DNA of 64,000 nucleotides from the human T2T-CHM13v2.0 reference genome, Homo sapiens. The notes below the pieces were generated by a model that did no database searches, was not told the origin of the DNA, and saw only the letters and a program-made list of their open reading frames with translations. A program made the position numbers and the translations under genes. Below are positions 51,818 through 64,000 of this stretch, one piece after another (the stretch's first letter is position 1; each line of letters opens with the position of its first letter). The DNA lies in NCBI RefSeq assembly GCF_009914755.1, contig NC_060925.1. One strand, written 5' to 3'.

Positions 51818-52995
51818 GGGGCTAGTCCATTAAGCAAAATATGAGGGGACTCTCAGAGTGGAACTTCAGGCATCAGCAAGAGGGGAAGATACTATCTTAC
51901 TGGGAGTTGACAGTACCTGATAATTGATCTCCTTCCCATCAGATTTCCAAGGGATCAAGGTGCCCTGGTTCTAAACAACCACAGGTAAGGACAGGATAGA
52001 GTCCAAGGAGACACACTATCAGGCTGGAAAATTCATTAAGTATTTACATGAAAATTCAGGTTCTCCTCATTGCTCAGGTACGGTCACATGGCTCAGAAAG
52101 CACAAGAAGTAGAGCCCCGAGGTCAGATCTGAGAGGCTTCTGAGGGGCCGATGCAGTGACTTCTCTGCTGCAGGTCAGGAGTTCTGGAACTGGGGCGTGG
52201 CTGGGGAGGGGTTGCAGGGAAGGGTGGGAGGAAGGAAGAAAAGAACAAGTGATTGGAAGTGCCACAGGATGAGCTCATTGGGATGGGTAGGAAAGAAGAG
52301 TTTTCTAACTTCTTAAGAATTTAAGAATTTATGAGAACTCAAGATTTCAGGAAGGGAGGAAGAAGAAACACATTGCATTTCTATCCTTGACTGGGGAACT
52401 AGATGATAGGGATGTGAAGGGTGGTTGGTGAGTCATGCCTTTTCGTCTACTCATCGTGGGAGGATGTGAGCTCTGGGGGCAGGCAACCGAACACTGACCT
52501 CTCTAGGTCTCATGCCAATGTCTGTCATCAGGAGTGAGCAGGAAAAAGGTCCTTAAGGACATGAGGCCGTGTCTTCCTCAGCTGAGCCTTGCAGGGCTGG
52601 CTGGAAGGTGGAGAAGGGATGGGATGGGAGTGGGATGTCAATGGGAGCCTGAAGATGGCAGGGTCATCTGCTGGAGCCTGGGGTTCCATGGGGCTCTCTT
52701 GTGCTGTGGAGGGCACAAGTTCTGCAGGCCTTCCTTTCAGTAGTCAGGGCTGGCCTGAGCTGTGAGGTGGCTGTAGATGCGGTAGATGAGACAGTGCCTG
52801 GCACTTGGGATACCTGATATTCAGCCTGTCTCCCACTGGTTCTGGTCTGCTATCTTCAGGAACTAGGAGTGGGTGGGAGAAGCAGCAATGTCTCCTAGTA
52901 CTCAGTGGCATCCACTGGCCACATTCTTTCTCTCTGTTCCCCATCTCATGCCAGTGCATCTCCATCCTTCTGCAGCTGCTGCAGTCAGATCCATC

Positions 52996-57983
<4,988 letters not shown>

Positions 57984-58442
57984 GGGGGCGGCTACCGTCC
58001 CCTCTGCAGGCTCATTCCTCCTTGGTCTCCTGCTTCCCCTCACGCGAATTTCTTTCAAAGCCATCTGTTTGCATCCTTGTGTTTTGCTGTGGTTTTTAAA
58101 GGAGCGCCCACGAAGTGTAGTGGCTGACGATTTCAACCTCACACAGCAGTTTGTAACCGCAAGCATTCTCTTTGAATTCTCACAGAATTCAGCAAGAAGT
58201 AGAAACCTGTTATTTACTACATTGTGATTTAACTTTGGATGTGAATTTAGTCACCCTTAGCCCTTCAGATAAGCCTAGCCAGTACATATTTCAGCACAGG
58301 CAGTTTTTTTGGTATTTAAGTACATTGAGGTAACTGAGCACTTGAGAATATTTTAGGGTCAAAGTGTAATTATTCATAATGAATTTACTCTGTTGATATT
58401 AAAAAGACGTTCAGTCCTATTACTGATGAGTTTACATCTTCA

Positions 58443-58448
58443 AATAAA
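58443..58448 (+). terminator. FCRLB polyadenylation signal
   Basis: AATAAA about 460 nt after the stop codon, with downstream T/GT-rich sequence. Confidence 0.7.
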
Positions 58449-58460
58449 TCCTGGGTTCTA

Positions 58461-58851
<391 letters not shown>

Positions 58852-60158
58852 CTAGACAGACTGATGGGCTGTGGTAGCAGCAGGCAGACTATGCTAACCT
58901 TAGCCGTATATTAAATAAGTGTACCATTTGCATTGAGAAATCTTTTTGAAGAAACTTTAAGACAAATCCTCAAAATTGAGTTCTCATTCTTAGCAGCTTT
59001 TTTCTTAAGAGCCTTTCCAACATGAATACACCAAGATACACACATGCACAGATCAGTATGCCATCCTGCATGGTGACTTTACTCTCACTTAGTTAAAAGA
59101 AGAAAAGTGAGAAGCCATTTCAATTGCAATTTCATGGTTATGTTCCTGGAAAGTCCCATTTTGATGGGTTTTCCCATCTGCCTACTGGAGACATCAATCC
59201 TCTGCAGAGCTAGTGTGATTTGTCCTCAGGAGGCCTCGTTCTCATCAGGTCCATATCCTTCTTCAGTTAAGTTTCACTGTTAAGGCTTAGAGCTGTAACA
59301 ACTGTACCCTCTCATCCTTTACTTCTGCTTGATAGATGTTACGTCACAACCCGATTTTCCATTTCTTTCTGAGTGATTAACCAGAATAATATCAACAGCC
59401 TTCATCCTATTCTTCTTAATATTGTTCTTCACCATATTATTATTACAAAGCCACTGAAATTATACAGAGAGGCAGGCAGGCAGGCAGGTGCACACATAAA
59501 TTACACTGCAATGTGATAAGTGCTCTATGAAACATGATAGGAATTCAGAGAAGAAAGTTGAATTTTTAAGGAAGAGCAAGAACTACCACATGGAGATGTG
59601 AGAAAGATTGAGGGTATGGCAAGTAGGCTGAGGAAGCAAAGACACAAAGAAATGAAAGACTGTAGCGTGTTTATGGAGCTACAAATAATTGGGAGTGGTT
59701 GGAGAATTATGTGTGTTTATGTGTATCTGTGTAGGTGTATTTTAGGGAGGAGGTGACAGAGATGAATATGGGGAAGTAGGAAGGAATCAGAACATGAAAG
59801 TCTTGTTAAGAAGTGCTTTAGCCTGTTGGATACTTGGGATGGCTATCTGAAAGCATTCCTGACATGAAGGCATCAATATGTCTAATCTGAGGAAATGCTA
59901 ACTTAAAATTAGACAAGAAGAGTCAAACTTATCTCAGTGGATCTTTGCTTAACTCTGAGAGATATGTCCAGGTGCCTATAATTCAGTTCTGGGGTCTTGG
60001 TCTACAAGGGCCTTTGTGGCTCTGATTTCCAGCTTTCTGATGCAGGCTCATCTCACTTCTCAGAACTCTCTTCCAAGGCCACCTTTCCTAGCTAACTGCA
60101 CTCTATTTCAGTGCCCAGGCTCTTTTCCCCTTCTGATTTTGTTTCCCTGAGATTTCTG

Positions 60159-60479
<321 letters not shown>

Positions 60480-61294
60480 TAGACAGGAAGTGACTAACAT
60501 TAGTGGCAAGAGGCTTAGTAATCAAAGAATCTCAGGTCATTTAAAAAATCAGTTGATCATTTTTTAAGAGTACAAAAAAGAGAAATAGTTACTCAAAGGA
60601 GAGCTAGGGCAGCAGTATCTCTTTCATTCACACCTTTTTGGCAACATCAACATCCTTGTTCTTGTTTTGCCATCTACTTCCATTTAGAACTAGGATGCGG
60701 GGGGATGGGGAAGAACAAGGACTTTTTGGTGAGAGTGAAAATCATTCATGACTCAACTTTCCGGTGTAGGGGAGAGGAATTGACTCATATGGCCTGTAGA
60801 CTCCACTGTCTTCTTCGTGTACCCCAGCTTTTAAGAGGAGGGCAGGATCAAGATGATCTTCTAAGATATCTGTTATTGATCTCCCAGGAAGACCTGCATT
60901 AAGGAAATATCAGCTTCATCTTCATCCCTTTTGTTTGAGGTTCCTTCATGCATTTAGGGAAACCAGAAGGCTAGCTAGCCCAGGTTGTCCAAGGGGACTC
61001 TCAGAGCTCATTCCCCAACAGCAGGGATGGCAGAAAAATGCTGGAGAAACCTAGGGAGGAATCTGCTTCTCTCTGATACTCTGATCAGTTTGGTGTCTCA
61101 GACTTAGGCTGCAAACCCTAATCCTGCGGCTGTCCATAGCAGATGCCAGACAAGGAACCCCAATGTCCTCTATCAGAGAGCAGAAAAAATTCTGTCGCAT
61201 TCCCTTTGGATTTCAGCCTTACTCTTTAAACTGTTCTCCTTGAGTCTCAGTTTTTACTTGACCTTACACTATGAAAGGGGGATCTCTTTGGGTT

Positions 61295-62152
61295 TGTAAA
61301 CCAAAATTAAAATTCTAAGCCCCCCCAATAGACTGAATGGACCCCCCTCACAACCAAAAAGATTTCAAAGAAACCTGAAAAACCAGTTTAGTCCACGAAG
61401 GGAAGTGGGGGATTGGACATGCCTAATTATACCCTCCCCCTTTTGGAGTTTAGCACAACTGACCAGCATAACATTAAAATAGAGATCCTAAGACTGACAG
61501 AACTGACTATGTAGCAATAAGATACCAACTCCAACCTGACTCTGAAAATCAAAGTATTTTACCCCAAACTATATTTCTTTGACATATTTTGAAATGGCCC
61601 TGCAACGTTGTCTCTTGTGGGGGAAATTTACATTCCGTAGAGAATCCTCTTCCCTCTCCAGGTCTTTTCCTGATCCAGAAGAGATGTAACTAAGAGTCTG
61701 ACATCTTTTAAGGTCAGATAAGAGATATTCACTATCTATTCTCTCTGAAGTCTGGAGGTTTCACCTACATGAGAATAACCTTGGCTTCCAGAACCGCTCC
61801 CTTCCCTTAACTCAAGCTGACTTCAATTCTTCAGGCATAGCTTATCTCTTTCAACGAATTGCCAGTCAGAAAATCTTTGAATCCACCTATTACCTAGAAG
61901 TCGCCCCCTCAACCCGACTTTGAGATGTCCTGCCTTTCCAGGCCAAGCCAATGTATACCTTACATGTATTGATTTATGTCTTTGTTTGTAACTTCTGTCT
62001 CCCTAAAATGTATAACACCAAGCGTAGCCCAACCAAATTAGGCACATGTTCTGAGGAATCCCTGAGGCTGTATCACGGGCTATGGTACTTAACCTTGGCA
62101 AAATAAACCTATGAACTGATTGAGACCCGTCTCAGATGCTTTTTGGTTTATA
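61295..62152 (+). mobile_element. MER4-family (ERV1) solo LTR
   Basis: tgtaaaccaaaa...ttttggttta(t)a inverted termini; 4-bp TSD GGTT at 61291-61294 and 62153-62156; AATAAA near the 3' end. Confidence 0.82.
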
Positions 62153-63409
62153 GGTTTCACACTCATGGCTTTTTTCCTAAGAGATTGAATTAAATTCTCT
62201 AGGTTAAAGTCCAAACTTCCCATCACAGTATATTGAGCCCATTCATCATATATTATGGCCACAATGACCACCTGCTCTTTCCCCAACACACCACCACCTT
62301 TCATGACTTTATTTTTGTATATATTTTTGCTTCAACTGTTGTAGAAGGGCTGCACAGGCCTTCTGAGCCCAAGATTCCTCATTTGCAAAGTGAGGGAAAT
62401 AATAGTAACCTCACAGGGAGAGACAAACAAACAGATCCTTTCATCATTAGAGGTTTTAAAACAGTTGATGATAAGAAGCACAGAGGAGAGATACTAAGCC
62501 CAGTGTGGGGGTCCAGGAATCAACTTCCTGCCAGTCCCCACTGATAAGCTATTTGTTTCTAAACTTGTGCTGTTTTAAATTATGTTGCAATGAATATCTT
62601 TACATCTGTATCTTTACGCACATATCTGAATATGTCTGTAGGATAAACTCCTAGAAGTAGAATTGTTGCATCGAAGGATATGTGTCTTTTTAGAATTTTA
62701 ATAGATGTTGCAAATTATTTCTCAAAGAGAATGTACCAATTTGTGCTTCTACTAATTATGAAGGTGAAAGCTTGTTTCTCTTACCTTGGTCAAGAGAGCA
62801 TATCATTGTACTTTTATTTTTTAATTAAACCCACGAAAACCTTTTGACTATCCAGTGTTGAGTGTCCCTAGTCAGATCCCGATAGATTTACTATCCTGTG
62901 CCATACAGCAGTCCAGTGGTACAGTCCCCCAAGGGTCAGTGCACTTATTTGTAATGCTAACCCATCCAACTCCTGAATTCCTTGCTAGCTGTTCTGTAGT
63001 TAGCTCAAAGAACTGCACTTCTGACTGTAATTCCTTATTAAATACCCGTTTTCTGTCCATTAGAGCTCTTATTCCAAGCTAGATCATTGTAGTCCTTCGC
63101 GAGATTTTCAGCATGTACTATAGTTAGCCCATATTGGTTTAGTTTGTTCCCTAGTCACTCTACCTGCAAAGATAATTGGTTTCAATGTTTGACATTCTAC
63201 TTATAATGAGAATCCTCATATAAATGTACACGCCTGATAGAGCTGAGACTAAAAAATTGGTACAACACACTACTGTCTTTTTCAGTTCAAAGGCGTCAGT
63301 CTCACTGCAGTGTGGGAGATGACCATTCTCTCATCTCTTAACAGTAAATATACCCTAGTGCATCATGTTAAGTTGTAATAGCCAAGCTAATTAGCTTTGG
63401 ACCTAGAGA

Positions 63410-63640
63410 TGGCAGAGTTGTATAAAGTTAAGAGTCTTGGCTCAGGAGTCAATAGACTTGGGTTCGAATGTTGCTTTTACTACTTAACAGCTGTGTAGCT
63501 TTGGGCAAGATACATTGTCTCTGAAATTCTGTTTCCTCTTTTGTAAAACGGAATGATAATAGTACATGCCTATAGAATTGCTAGAAGGATTAAATGAGAT
63601 TTGTAAGTAGTACATCTAATACATAAGAAGCAGTAAACTG
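63410..63640 (+). mobile_element. MIR-like SINE remnant (similar remnants at about 4800-5020, 40490-40710 and 50790-50960)
   Basis: Core-SINE phrases such as ctgtttcctc...tgtaaaa.gg.atgataatagtac...aggattaaatgag. Confidence 0.6.
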
Positions 63641-64000
63641 TTATTATGACTGTAATTCATTGAATCTAAAATGATATTAATTATAGGATACACCATTAAA
63701 GAAAGCATAAGAAAAGGGAAAACATGGCCAAATAACTACACAATGTCTTTTAGACTTAATTAAAATAGACTTATAAAATCATAAATAATGAATAAACAGG
63801 GAAACATATGTGAAATAAATTGGGTAAGATACTTCTAAAATGTTTTTACATTCAGATTCTGACTTTTCTGAATCACTTTCCAACTCATATTTATCAGTGC
63901 CCATGTTTCCTCACTCCTGTGACATCTTTTCTATGAAAATCATGGGAAGTGCTGCATTTCTTAAAGGAAGTCATAAAAAAGTAACAGTCGTTGTTGCCAG

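Overview
Human genomic DNA from the Fc-receptor cluster on chr1q23.3. Species is supported by proteins matching the human sequences as I recall them and by a human-specific AluYb8-type insertion. Three plus-strand genes are present: FCGR2B (exons 2-8; exon 1 lies upstream of the window; ITIM tail; Ile232 allele), complete FCRLA (359 aa, with an optional 18-nt signal mini-exon and an upstream in-frame ATG) and complete FCRLB (426 aa, with a 3' CpG island). FCGR2B and FCRLA are separated by about 29 kb of repeats: a minus-strand RPL31 processed pseudogene, a full-length inactivated L1PA7/8-like element nested in an older L1, a Y3 RNA retrocopy, many Alus and a solo LTR. Further LTRs and DNA transposons lie around FCRLA and FCRLB. 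This is a well-studied locus and I see no wholly new gene system. The best leads are regulatory or splicing-related: (1) a TACTAAC branchpoint that doubles as a QKI element in front of the lineage-specific FCGR2B b1 exon; (2) an in-frame relic of the longer rodent-type b1 exon that ends at a GC-type donor; (3) a palindromic double octamer upstream of FCRLA and an octamer plus TATA-like module upstream of FCRLB; (4) an in-frame alternative acceptor in FCRLB; (5) an LTR-supplied polyA signal for FCRLA; (6) an intact ORF0 in the otherwise dead L1. Exon boundaries were read by hand from GT/AG sites and checked by frame arithmetic. Repeat boundaries and subfamily names are approximate.
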